A stretch of DNA of 64,000 bases from a virus: positions 32,001 through 96,000 of IMG/VR virus record IMGVR_UViG_3300027754_005993; one strand, written 5' to 3'. The notes beneath the pieces were generated by a model that did no database searches, was not told where the DNA came from, and saw nothing but the letters and a program-made list of their open reading frames with translations. Of this stretch, positions 19,145 through 28,741 are shown piece after piece. Made by a program: the position numbers and the translations under genes. Positions within the stretch are counted from its first letter, which is position 1, and every line of letters begins with the position of its first letter.

Positions 19145-21858
19145 GTAATAGTCCAATAACTAATATAATATCTGTAGGAAAAACTGGATCAGTAGGACCA
19201 GTTGGTTCTACTGGTGCTACTGGTAATAGAGGAAATACTGGTAATGGTGGTATTACTGGAGAACGAGGAATACACTTTTTAAGTTCTCGCGGATTTGCGA
19301 ACGGAATAACATTAACATTCTCTGATTTAAGTACAATTGCTGTAAATGGGGCTTTCAGAGGAACAACATTTATTGATAAGACTTCTGGATTAGTTCAAGG
19401 ATCAAATACAGCATCAAGTTCCTTCCTTACACAATATGGATTATTTTCCGCTGTAAATGGTGGAACATTTCAATTTAAAGGATTGTGTGCTTATGGTTCA
19501 CTAAGAGCATCTTTAACTGGACCAGCAAATGAATATATTTCCATTGATACGATCTATTGGGGTAAAGATCTTATAGGAAATTATGATGCTGGTACAATGA
19601 CTCCTGGAAGATTAACATTTCTAGGAACTCCAACAGTAGTTAATGGTTCTGGAATCACACATACTCAATTAAATAGCGATAATATTAGTTTTGGTCATAC
19701 TGGTACATTTAATTTTCAAAACACATTTTTTAGTTCTGGAACATCAGATGATACAAGTTACAACTTAAATGCTGGAGCAAAAGTATCTACTATTGGACCA
19801 ATTCGTAAAGGAGCATTTTCAGGATTAACTGGAAATAATCCAATTGGTGGAGTTGGGACCACGCAGGGAATATACATTGACGCAAATTCTGCTGGCGCAT
19901 TCATTCTTCATACACCAATTGGAATACGAGGAATCAGCGGAAATTTCAATTCAAATGAAGTTGATTCAATAACACTAGTAATTGATTCTGATGATGTGTG
20001 GAAATTTCCAGAAAATATTTACTTTGAACCAGATGAAAACTATCTTTCTTGTGGTAAGAATATAATTGGACTCATGACATATGATGGTGGTGAAACCTGG
20101 TTGGCAACTGTATCGCATCGTGGTCATGGTGTGGCAGATGTAAACAGAGCATGTATTCCAGGATATTTATTTGGTTCTTGCTGTTATAATAATCCAGATG
20201 GTACTCTTGAATGTTTGGATTATACTTCTCGTTCAACATGTGATAAATTATTTGGAAATTTTAGTCCAGCGAAGTCGTGTGAAGATTCATGTGGTGGCGA
20301 AAACGGAATTTGTTGCTCAAATGGTAAATGTTTAGGTGAAATTACTGTTGCTTTATGTGATCAATTTGGTGGTCAGTATTGGAGTGGACTCAATTGTACA
20401 GACTACACTGGAAATTTGAATTACCCAATTGGCGAACTAAGTTCAGATCAACTAAAAGAGCAAGGAAGTTTTTGTTATAATAACTGTAATGATACTCCAG
20501 TTGTTTGCTGTAAGGATGGTCAATGTTTAGGAAACTATACAAGAGTTCAATGTGAATTGATTCTTGGTGGTAGATCATTGACCGCTGCGTCTTGCTCTGA
20601 AGCAGATTGCTGCGATTATGGGACAATTAAGGGTGCTTGTTGTAAATGTAATTCTGTTAATGGAATTATACAATACGAATGTATACCCGATTTATCTCCA
20701 TCAGCTTGTAAATCTCTTGGTGGGTCTTTCATGGGTCCAGGAAAACAATGCAATGAGGTAAGTTGTGGTTGTGTTTGTGGACCAATTGGACCCTCTGGAC
20801 CATCTGGACCCTCTGGACCATCTGGACCCTCTGGACCTAATGACGCTATTGGAATTTGTTGCAAAAATGGAACATGCCTACCAAATATTGGAAGCAAAGC
20901 AGAATGTTCTGCCGCATGTGGAAATTGGTTAGATAAAATTTATTATGATCAACAAGTACCCACCCCAGGTAGTTATCAGTTTGGATCAGACCCAAACGAC
21001 TGTGAATTCTGTGCGTTACACCGACCTGTTATGGTTTTATCGCAATTTTTAATCCCTGGCGATTGCAGTCCTTTTATTCAATTTCTAAGATTTTCTATGT
21101 CTATTGGCGATAGCAGTTGTGCAGTGTACCCCGAGTTAGATTTATTCATCGCTGACCCTGGTGACCAAAGACCTCCAATAACTACTATTAATACACCTAG
21201 TGATGATCTTAATATGACAGGTGCTAACATAGCCTTGATTTCTGATCTATTCTTCAACATATATGGTGTTACAATTCCCTTAAGGTCGGCAGTAGGTGTA
21301 AGACAACAACTAATTGATTTAATGTCTTGTCCTCTCTCAACTGAAAATTTAGAGATTATAATTGAACTTGGAGATAGAATGTTGAAGGCCTGGCTCGAAG
21401 CTGAGTGGATTATAAATGGATGGACTCCTTGCTCACAGAAGTGTTGTACATGTGAGGGTGAGAACCCTACGGCGCCTGGTTTACCTTTTTGTCTACCAAT
21501 TGGTGACGACCGAATGACTGTTCGCAACCTTTGTCAATACAGAGACATATGTCTTGATCTAGGGATTGCCAATGACGCGATGGGTAATCCAGGTTGTCAG
21601 TGCGGTGGTCCTGAGAATACTGGAGATTCACCTTGTGGAAAGCCAATTGCTGAAAGACTGAATTGTCCTTCATTGGACCACCCTGATTCTGAATATTGTA
21701 ATTGGTCCGAAATCAATACTTGTCAGTGTTCAAATTCAGGTCTTACTGATGATCTAATTAAGAGTGTAAAGATGTATCTAAATAGTACAGATTATGTTTG
21801 TGTTCCTGTTTCATATACAGATTTCTCAGGTTACGAACTCTGCGACGGGGAATCCTAA
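19141..21858 (+). CDS. Cys-rich fibre protein with GxCC repeats and GPS hinge
   Basis: ATG 19141 overlaps the previous stop (ATGA); short collagen neck; WKFP...IIGLMTYDGGETW fibre motif; GSCC, GICC, VVCC, GACC repeats. Confidence 0.6.
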   Translation: MSNSPITNIISVGKTGSVGPVGSTGATGNRGNTGNGGITGERGIHFLSSRGFANGITLTFSDLSTIAVNGAFRGTTFIDKTSGLVQGSNTASSSFLTQYGLFSAVNGGTFQFKGLCAYGSLRASLTGPANEYISIDTIYWGKDLIGNYDAGTMTPGRLTFLGTPTVVNGSGITHTQLNSDNISFGHTGTFNFQNTFFSSGTSDDTSYNLNAGAKVSTIGPIRKGAFSGLTGNNPIGGVGTTQGIYIDANSAGAFILHTPIGIRGISGNFNSNEVDSITLVIDSDDVWKFPENIYFEPDENYLSCGKNIIGLMTYDGGETWLATVSHRGHGVADVNRACIPGYLFGSCCYNNPDGTLECLDYTSRSTCDKLFGNFSPAKSCEDSCGGENGICCSNGKCLGEITVALCDQFGGQYWSGLNCTDYTGNLNYPIGELSSDQLKEQGSFCYNNCNDTPVVCCKDGQCLGNYTRVQCELILGGRSLTAASCSEADCCDYGTIKGACCKCNSVNGIIQYECIPDLSPSACKSLGGSFMGPGKQCNEVSCGCVCGPIGPSGPSGPSGPSGPSGPNDAIGICCKNGTCLPNIGSKAECSAACGNWLDKIYYDQQVPTPGSYQFGSDPNDCEFCALHRPVMVLSQFLIPGDCSPFIQFLRFSMSIGDSSCAVYPELDLFIADPGDQRPPITTINTPSDDLNMTGANIALISDLFFNIYGVTIPLRSAVGVRQQLIDLMSCPLSTENLEIIIELGDRMLKAWLEAEWIINGWTPCSQKCCTCEGENPTAPGLPFCLPIGDDRMTVRNLCQYRDICLDLGIANDAMGNPGCQCGGPENTGDSPCGKPIAERLNCPSLDHPDSEYCNWSEINTCQCSNSGLTDDLIKSVKMYLNSTDYVCVPVSYTDFSGYELCDGES
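20788..20838 (+). repeat. (Gly-Pro-Ser)n coding repeat
   Basis: ggaccctct/ggaccatct x5. Confidence 0.9.
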
Positions 21859-23366
21859 TGTCTTCAGTACAGTTTAGATCAAGAATAAAACCAGCATTTG
21901 ACTACTCAGATAAACTGAATAGTTATGGTGTTTGTTGTGGGACTACAGGTGCAGACAATAAAACAATAAAATCGTTTACTGAATGTTTTAATGAAGGTGG
22001 ATATTTTATTCCTACACTAGATGGAAACGCTGACAGTGTTTCATGTCCAGATAGAGATACTCGTCTTGGATGTTGTTGTGCGTGTTCGTATGTAACTCCA
22101 GGAGAATTAAATCAAGTACCTACTTTGGATAGCGAGGGAAACACATCAACTCCATATCTTGCATCGGGAACAACAAGTAATGTTTCTAAATGCGAATGTG
22201 ACCGAGTGAATGGAAAATGGACAGAAGGAACTTGTCCAATATTGACAGCAGATACTTGGCAAACTCAATGTTTAAACTCAAGCAGATTAGATGCTAGAGC
22301 ACCAAGATCTTGTTGTCATTTAGAATTTGATGAAGATACAGGTTGGCCAACTTCTATTACATGTAAAGATGTTTGTTCTAGTAGAGATTGTGCGCTTTTG
22401 GGAACTGAAACATATCCATCGGTGTTTGGAGACAATAGATGTACTACACCGCTCCGAGAAGGCGATCAAACTACAACATGTATTGATTCACCGTATTATT
22501 CATATATGCTTACAAGGTCTTCATTATATGAAGGATTTGTAATGGGGTCTTGTTATATCTTGGAAGATAACAATGGATCTTTAGAATATTCGTGTTCTAT
22601 AACACCACAAGCATCGTGTGCTGGATATTGGATCGAAGATCAGGATGAAAACAATTCTTTCTGTACTTCAAGTTTTCAACCAATCAATCCACAAAAAATA
22701 TCAGGAAAATATCAAGTCCAAACGATGGGTCTTACAGCATTTAATAATTTAGGATTGACTTCTGGAGACACATTTCAAGGTGGAATTTATATTGGAATAT
22801 TCAAACCACCAGTATTAAATGGTAAAAGCAGTGAATTATATGGAAATTTAAGTTTTGCAAATCCAACATTGACAAACATGTATGCCGATTCTGTCGGAGG
22901 TACTGCTTCACAGTGGGCATTGATTGTAAATGAAACTAAATATTCTGTACCATTTATAACAGCAAATGAAATTGATGTAGACTATACCACTTCACTGTGG
23001 GATGGATATTACAATACTTATGGAGATGGAGTATTCAATGGAATTAATAATGCTCTGACCAATACAATTAGATACGCTGATAGGGGAGGATTTATTGATT
23101 ATTATCTACCATCAATATATGAATTGTATTTCTACAATGCCTATCTTTATAGAAATACTAAAAATATATCTGGAAATGTAATGTCGTCTTCCATATTCAA
23201 TACTAAATACTTAAACAAGACCACACAGAAATCAAAGATATCTGGAAAAGGATTTGTGTATGGAGTGGGTATGAGTATCAATTATAGTGTAAATTATAAA
23301 ACTTTACTTATAGAAAAAACAAATACAGAGAGTGCTTTATTTTTTAGAAGAATCGTATTACAATAA
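21858..23366 (+). CDS. Cys-rich protein with degenerate DUF1566/Lcl-like C-terminal domain
   Basis: Likely ATG 21858 (TAATG overlap); GVCC, GCCCAC, RSCC; GDTFQGGIYIGIF ... DYYLPSIYEL ... FFRRI. Confidence 0.6.
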   Translation: MSSVQFRSRIKPAFDYSDKLNSYGVCCGTTGADNKTIKSFTECFNEGGYFIPTLDGNADSVSCPDRDTRLGCCCACSYVTPGELNQVPTLDSEGNTSTPYLASGTTSNVSKCECDRVNGKWTEGTCPILTADTWQTQCLNSSRLDARAPRSCCHLEFDEDTGWPTSITCKDVCSSRDCALLGTETYPSVFGDNRCTTPLREGDQTTTCIDSPYYSYMLTRSSLYEGFVMGSCYILEDNNGSLEYSCSITPQASCAGYWIEDQDENNSFCTSSFQPINPQKISGKYQVQTMGLTAFNNLGLTSGDTFQGGIYIGIFKPPVLNGKSSELYGNLSFANPTLTNMYADSVGGTASQWALIVNETKYSVPFITANEIDVDYTTSLWDGYYNTYGDGVFNGINNALTNTIRYADRGGFIDYYLPSIYELYFYNAYLYRNTKNISGNVMSSSIFNTKYLNKTTQKSKISGKGFVYGVGMSINYSVNYKTLLIEKTNTESALFFRRIVLQ

Positions 23367-23378
23367 GGATTTTTTATC

Positions 23379-23948
23379 ATGGGATGTAATTGTAAAAACA
23401 AGAATACTGGTGGGGAACAACCACCCCAAGAACCCGCTCGCGCAGCAGCACCTGCGGATATCGTTTTCCGTTCAGAACAAGCAATTCCTCAGGGGGGATT
23501 AAAACAAAAATTGACCATGATGCAAAGCTTTGCCATGGCGATTACCTCTCGTGGAATGAACAACGAAAAGGTCACAAAACCAATCAAACAACTTCGGGTT
23601 TTAAGTTGCTTTGGCAATCAGGGTCAGGGTGGGGTACTACCACAATGTGAACATCTAAAGAAAAGTACAACAGACGGTAAGTTTTTCTGTGGTGGATGCG
23701 GATGTGGTGACCGTAAAGGTACATGGTTGACTCCAGATGATCCAGAATACAGTAAACTGGATTATCCAAAGTTAAACTGCCCATTACAGATGCCTGGATT
23801 TACAAATTATGAAAAGGCAAAACCAGATGAATCTGCATCTCCAATAACAAGAAGATATTACATTGAACAGTTGCCATATAGAGATATAGAACACATAAAA
23901 GTAACTACGCACGAAGTGCCTATACAACCACCAGAAGTTTTAAAATAA
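23379..23948 (+). CDS. Small Cys-rich putative metal-binding protein
   Basis: MGCNCK N-terminus; C..C....CGGCGC...NCP pattern; SD-like aagga upstream. Confidence 0.6.
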   Translation: MGCNCKNKNTGGEQPPQEPARAAAPADIVFRSEQAIPQGGLKQKLTMMQSFAMAITSRGMNNEKVTKPIKQLRVLSCFGNQGQGGVLPQCEHLKKSTTDGKFFCGGCGCGDRKGTWLTPDDPEYSKLDYPKLNCPLQMPGFTNYEKAKPDESASPITRRYYIEQLPYRDIEHIKVTTHEVPIQPPEVLK

Positions 23949-23956
23949 ACAAAAAA

Positions 23957-23990
23957 ACTCTCCTTATAAATAAAGTAAGGAGAGTGTTTT
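23957..23990 (+). promoter_or_regulatory. T4-type late promoter TATAAATA (23965-23972) inside a hairpin that pairs with the gp13 Shine-Dalgarno
   Basis: ACTCTCCTTA (23957-66) and TAAGGAGAGT (23976-85) are perfect inverted repeats; gp13 ATG at 23992. Confidence 0.75.
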
Positions 23991-23991
23991 A

Positions 23992-24801
23992 ATGTCTTCA
24001 GTAAACGCACCAAATTCAAGAGAAACGCTTATAGAACATGCTCTTCGTGCTCTCGGGCATCCCGTAATCCAAATAAATGTAGATCAGCAACAATGCGAGG
24101 ATCGTCTTGATGAAGCATTGCAATATTTTACCACCAGACACTATGATGGTGTTATAAAAATGTTTTTCAAGTATCAAGTAACTCAGACGGATCTGGATCG
24201 CGGGTTTATAAATGTTTCGGATATTCAAAACCCAGCTAGCGATCCCAATGGACCCGATGGCACTAATATTGTGTCTGTTGTTAAGATATTCAGATTCGGC
24301 ACTCTTTCTGGTGTTAATATGTTTGATGTCAGATATCAGTTGGCATTGACCGATTACTTTGGAATCAATCGTGGGTTGAACGGAAGTTCATCAACTCCTC
24401 TTGCTGGGTATCAAGCGACTATGTCTTACATCAGTCTTCTTGAACAATTTTTTAGTCCAGAGAAGTCATTAAGATTCAATAAAGTAACAAATAAAATCTA
24501 TGTGGATGCTTTTAGTCAAGATATAGATGCTGGTGGATATTTAATAATTGAATCATATGCAGAACTAGACCCAGATGTGTATACTAAAATTTATGATGAT
24601 CGCATGGTGAAGAAGTATGTCATTGCTTTGATTAAAAAGCAATGGGGTGCAAACATGTTGAAGTATGATGGTGTTCAACTTCCAGGCGGCATCACTTTCA
24701 AGGGACAACAGATATATCAGGATGCCATGGCAGAGATTGTTGCGATAGAACAAGAGTTTGAAAGATCATACGAACTACCGATAGATTTCATGATTGGATA
24801 A
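23992..24801 (+). CDS. gp13: Neck protein gp13
   Basis: SRETLIEHALRALGHPVIQINVDQQQCEDRLDEALQYF...HYDG; KKQWGANMLKYDGVQLPGG. Confidence 0.95.
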   Translation: MSSVNAPNSRETLIEHALRALGHPVIQINVDQQQCEDRLDEALQYFTTRHYDGVIKMFFKYQVTQTDLDRGFINVSDIQNPASDPNGPDGTNIVSVVKIFRFGTLSGVNMFDVRYQLALTDYFGINRGLNGSSSTPLAGYQATMSYISLLEQFFSPEKSLRFNKVTNKIYVDAFSQDIDAGGYLIIESYAELDPDVYTKIYDDRMVKKYVIALIKKQWGANMLKYDGVQLPGGITFKGQQIYQDAMAEIVAIEQEFERSYELPIDFMIG

Positions 24802-24804
24802 AAA

Positions 24805-25728
24805 ATGGCAACAAATCCATATTTCAACGAATATATCGGAGAACAAGATCTACTCATTGACTTGACGGTTGAAACCATCAAGGCTACGGGTAGAGATATG
24901 ATTTATATACCTAGAGAATATGTCAATAAAGATGTTATCTTTGGAGAGGATGTGCTATCGCAATTTAAGGACTCTTATACAATTGAAATGTACATTCAGT
25001 CTGTTACATCTTTCGGTGGACAGATGAACATCATCAATAAATTTGGTATCAACATTACTGATAAAGTAACTCTACAAGTAGCAAAAAGAAGATTTGATGA
25101 AGAAGTGGTTGCTAGAGACTCAACCATCACACATCCACGCGAAGGCGATTTAATCTATTTTCCATTCAATAAAAGTTTGTTTGAAATAAATTATGTTGAA
25201 GATAAAATGCCATTTTTCCAATTTGGAATTCTGACAACCTATACACTCACATGCGAACTCTTCACTTATTCTTATGAAACAATAAACACTGGTATTGCTA
25301 CTGTAGATGAAGTAGAAGAAAAGAGAAAATACAATATGTACGAATTCCAAATTTCAGGAGCTCCAATTACGGGATCTATAGTATTTAAACGAGGAGATAC
25401 TGTTTATCAAGTTTATGGAGTAACTGGTGCTGGAGTCACATACTCTAATGCTACAGCGGAAGCAACACTTGTTGAAATTACAGGAGCATATGCGTATATG
25501 AAAGGTATAAGTGGAATATTTGCAACAGGTCCAAGTGGTATACAATCTGTCAAGAATACAACTACAGGAACAGAATATTACCTACTGAATTACAATACAA
25601 CAAATGTGAATCTTTCAGTTGACCCAATTGCTGGAGTTAATGAGATTGAAAATGATATCTACGCAGAAGCAGCGGACAACGAACTTAATTTTAGCAGAGA
25701 TAATCCATTCTCAGAGGAATGCTCATAA
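24805..25728 (+). CDS. gp14: Neck / head-closure protein gp14
   Basis: NPYF...EQDL..DL..E.IK..G.DM.YIPRE; PREGDLIYFP; FEINYVE; NPFSE end. Confidence 0.93.
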   Translation: MATNPYFNEYIGEQDLLIDLTVETIKATGRDMIYIPREYVNKDVIFGEDVLSQFKDSYTIEMYIQSVTSFGGQMNIINKFGINITDKVTLQVAKRRFDEEVVARDSTITHPREGDLIYFPFNKSLFEINYVEDKMPFFQFGILTTYTLTCELFTYSYETINTGIATVDEVEEKRKYNMYEFQISGAPITGSIVFKRGDTVYQVYGVTGAGVTYSNATAEATLVEITGAYAYMKGISGIFATGPSGIQSVKNTTTGTEYYLLNYNTTNVNLSVDPIAGVNEIENDIYAEAADNELNFSRDNPFSEECS

Positions 25729-26477
25729 TGTTTAAGGTAGGTCAATCATATTATAATGAATCCATTAGAAAGGTAGTTTTAACCTTTGGTTCTATATTTG
25801 AATCTGTGTATATTACTCGTTATAATGTAGATGGTACAGAAAAAGAAAAAATACGAGTTCCTTTGAGTTATGGAAGCAAGGAAAAATTCTTCTGGAGACT
25901 GTCGCAAGAGAGCAGTCTGTCAAAGAATAGTAGAGTTGAAATTGTTCTTCCAAAAATGGGATTTGAAATTACAACATTGATTTATGATCCAAGTAGAAAA
26001 TTAAATAGAACTTTACAACGAACAAATATTGTTGATGGAAGTGTTTTGAAAGCATATGCTGAAGTTCCTTATATTATAAATTTTGCTCTCTATGTTTTTA
26101 CCAGAAACATGGATGATATGTTACAAGTCATTGAACAAATAGTTCCATATTTTGCTCCAGACTACACAGTAACTGTAAAGATGAATAATTTGAATGAAAC
26201 TGTTGATATTCCATTCGTATTAAATAGTGTAAATATAGATGAAAATTATGAAGGAACTTTTGATACAAGACGATCTCTTATAAGTTCATTTGATTTTTCA
26301 GCAAAAACTTACATCTACCCAAATATTTGTGGTGGAACTGGTGGACTGATCTTGAGAACTGATATAAACATGTATGATGGTGAAGAAGTTGCTGGAAGTG
26401 AATACTGGGGTGATGTTGGATATACTGGTGATTATATTACAGGTTCAAGTACTGCTGTGCCTGGAGAGTGGCCATGA
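25728..26477 (+). CDS. gp15: Tail sheath stabiliser / terminator gp15
   Basis: YYNESIRKVVLTFGSIF; IRVPLSYGSKEKF; LPKMGFEI; EQIVPYFAP. Confidence 0.93.
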   Translation: MFKVGQSYYNESIRKVVLTFGSIFESVYITRYNVDGTEKEKIRVPLSYGSKEKFFWRLSQESSLSKNSRVEIVLPKMGFEITTLIYDPSRKLNRTLQRTNIVDGSVLKAYAEVPYIINFALYVFTRNMDDMLQVIEQIVPYFAPDYTVTVKMNNLNETVDIPFVLNSVNIDENYEGTFDTRRSLISSFDFSAKTYIYPNICGGTGGLILRTDINMYDGEEVAGSEYWGDVGYTGDYITGSSTAVPGEWP

Positions 26478-26950
26478 GTGACGAAAAACTAACAGCAGAA
26501 GAAAAGTTATCTGAGGTTCTGGACATAGAAATTTTGCCCAAGGAAGAACCAAAGACTATAGTTCAATCTGAAATCTTCATAAAAGAAGTAAAGATAAAAC
26601 GAAAAGACCAAGTGCGACAGGATTATGATTCTGCTCGTAAAAATATGAAAGAACTCATAAATCGTGGATTTGAAGCTCTAGATGGAGTTATGAGGGTAGC
26701 AGAGGCGGGCGATTCTCCTAGAGCATATGAGGTCGCCTCTATTCTTATGAAAACTGTAAGTGAGATTAACACCGATCTAATGGGTATTCACAAAACTACT
26801 GCGGAAGCATTAGGCGTAAATAAAGTCGTAAAGACCACCACAAATAATTCAATATTTGTTGGATCTACTCGCGATCTTCAAAATATTATTAATCAGTCTC
26901 GTAGTCAATTGAAGGCGATACCAACCGAAGAAGTGGAATATGACAGCTAA
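26474..26950 (+). CDS. gp16: Terminase small subunit gp16
   Basis: DYDSARKN...SPRAYEVA...TTNNSIFVGSTRDLQ. Confidence 0.92.
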   Translation: MSDEKLTAEEKLSEVLDIEILPKEEPKTIVQSEIFIKEVKIKRKDQVRQDYDSARKNMKELINRGFEALDGVMRVAEAGDSPRAYEVASILMKTVSEINTDLMGIHKTTAEALGVNKVVKTTTNNSIFVGSTRDLQNIINQSRSQLKAIPTEEVEYDS

Positions 26951-28667
26951 AAAAGATGGTTATCTTGGTAATCCAAATTTAAAACCCGTAGGTGTGCAAC
27001 AACAATTCACACCAAATCAGGTAAAAGAATATATTAAGTGTGCAGCAGAACCTGCCTACTTTGTGGAAAAATATGTAAAGATTGTAGCAGTAGATAAGGG
27101 TCTTGTTCCTTTTGCAATGTATAACTTTCAGAAAGACCTTATTGATATACTACATCATAATAGATTCGTAATAGGAAAGTTACCTCGTCAGGTAGGTAAG
27201 ACTACCACCGTAGGTGCTTACCTTTTACATTATGTTCTATTCAATCAAAATATGAATGTTGCAATTCTTGCAAACAAACAATCTACTGCCATTGAAATTT
27301 TAGGCAGAATTAAGATGGCATATGAATATTTGCCTAAGTGGTTGCAGCAAGGCGTAATTGAATGGAATAAGGGTTCTATTGTTCTGGAAAACGGATCAAA
27401 GATTCTAGCAAGTGCCACCTCTTCGTCTGCAATCCGTGGCGGTTCATTTAATTGCATCCTGCTCGACGAATTTGCCCACATTCCTACCCAAATTGCTGAA
27501 GAGTTCTTCACCTCAGTGTATCCAACCATCACTTCTGGTCAATCTACCAAGATGTTCATCATCTCCACCCCAAACGGTCTTAATATGTTTTATTATTACT
27601 GGAAGGGTGCTATAAACAATCAAAATGGTTATGTGCCATTTGAAGTTCATTGGAGTCAGGTTCCAAAATATCCAGGTGGTCCACTCAGAGATGATAAGTG
27701 GAAAGAGGATATGATAATCAAGACTTCCGAGAAACAGTTTGAACAAGAGTTCGAATGTGACTTCTTGGGCAGTTCCAATACTTTGATATCATCTGCTAAA
27801 TTACACACTTTGGTATATAACAAACCAATTTTAAGAACCAAAGATGGAATGTGTGTATATCAGGAACCACAGAGAAAAGACCCCGATGTGGAAAAATCTC
27901 AGGATCATCTTTATTTTATAACTGCCGATGTCGCAGAAGGTCAAGGCAAAGACTATACCGCTATGACCGTAATAGATGTAACTGAATTCCCATACAGGGT
28001 AATTGCCACCTATAAAAACAATACAGTATCACCCCTTCTATTCGCATCAGTTCTTAGAACAGTTGCCAAGAAGTATAATAACGCATATGTTCTAGTTGAG
28101 ATTAATAGCATAGGCACGGAAGTTGCCAATATATTACACACCGATCTAGAATATGAAAATATAGTTAAAACCACCATGATGGGTAGAAAGGGTCAAATTA
28201 TTACAGAGGGATTTGGTCCTGGAAAAAAGATACAGATGGGTGTTAAAACTTCAGTATTGACTAAAAAGGTTGGATGTCAAGTACTAAAGAACATGATTGA
28301 AGAAGATAAACTCATTGTTGAAGATGCCGACATTATCTCAGAATTTACAACATTTATCTCCAAAAAACAAAGTTTTGGAGCAGATGAAGGACATAATGAC
28401 GACTTAGTGATGTGTTTAGTTTTATTTTCATGGGCGACTCGTCAACAGTATTTCAAGAATTTGACCGATATGGATGTTAGACTTGCGATGTATCAGCAAG
28501 ATATTGAGAAAATTGAAGAAGATATGTTACCTTTTGGTTATTTTCTTGACGGAATCGAAGATTTTGAAGATGAGGCAGAAGACAAAAAATGGGGTATGTC
28601 TTCAGAAAATTGGCTTATAACAGATAAAAAAAATTATAACTTGCCATGGGATTCGTATAAAAAATAG
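26940..28667 (+). CDS. gp17: Terminase large subunit gp17
   Basis: YLGNPNLK; Walker A PRQVGKTT; Walker B LLDEFAH; ISTPNG; nuclease DVAEG, HNDDLVM. Confidence 0.97.
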   Translation: MTAKKDGYLGNPNLKPVGVQQQFTPNQVKEYIKCAAEPAYFVEKYVKIVAVDKGLVPFAMYNFQKDLIDILHHNRFVIGKLPRQVGKTTTVGAYLLHYVLFNQNMNVAILANKQSTAIEILGRIKMAYEYLPKWLQQGVIEWNKGSIVLENGSKILASATSSSAIRGGSFNCILLDEFAHIPTQIAEEFFTSVYPTITSGQSTKMFIISTPNGLNMFYYYWKGAINNQNGYVPFEVHWSQVPKYPGGPLRDDKWKEDMIIKTSEKQFEQEFECDFLGSSNTLISSAKLHTLVYNKPILRTKDGMCVYQEPQRKDPDVEKSQDHLYFITADVAEGQGKDYTAMTVIDVTEFPYRVIATYKNNTVSPLLFASVLRTVAKKYNNAYVLVEINSIGTEVANILHTDLEYENIVKTTMMGRKGQIITEGFGPGKKIQMGVKTSVLTKKVGCQVLKNMIEEDKLIVEDADIISEFTTFISKKQSFGADEGHNDDLVMCLVLFSWATRQQYFKNLTDMDVRLAMYQQDIEKIEEDMLPFGYFLDGIEDFEDEAEDKKWGMSSENWLITDKKNYNLPWDSYKK

Positions 28668-28707
28668 TTTAGGGCATTTAAAATATTAAAAGTAGAATTT
28701 AACTACA

Positions 28708-28715
28708 TATAAATA
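28708..28715 (+). promoter_or_regulatory. T4-type late promoter (gp18)
   Basis: TATAAATA upstream of SD aaggag and ATG 28742. Confidence 0.75.
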
Positions 28716-28741
28716 GCAACTTAAACCAAGGAGAGAAGAAC

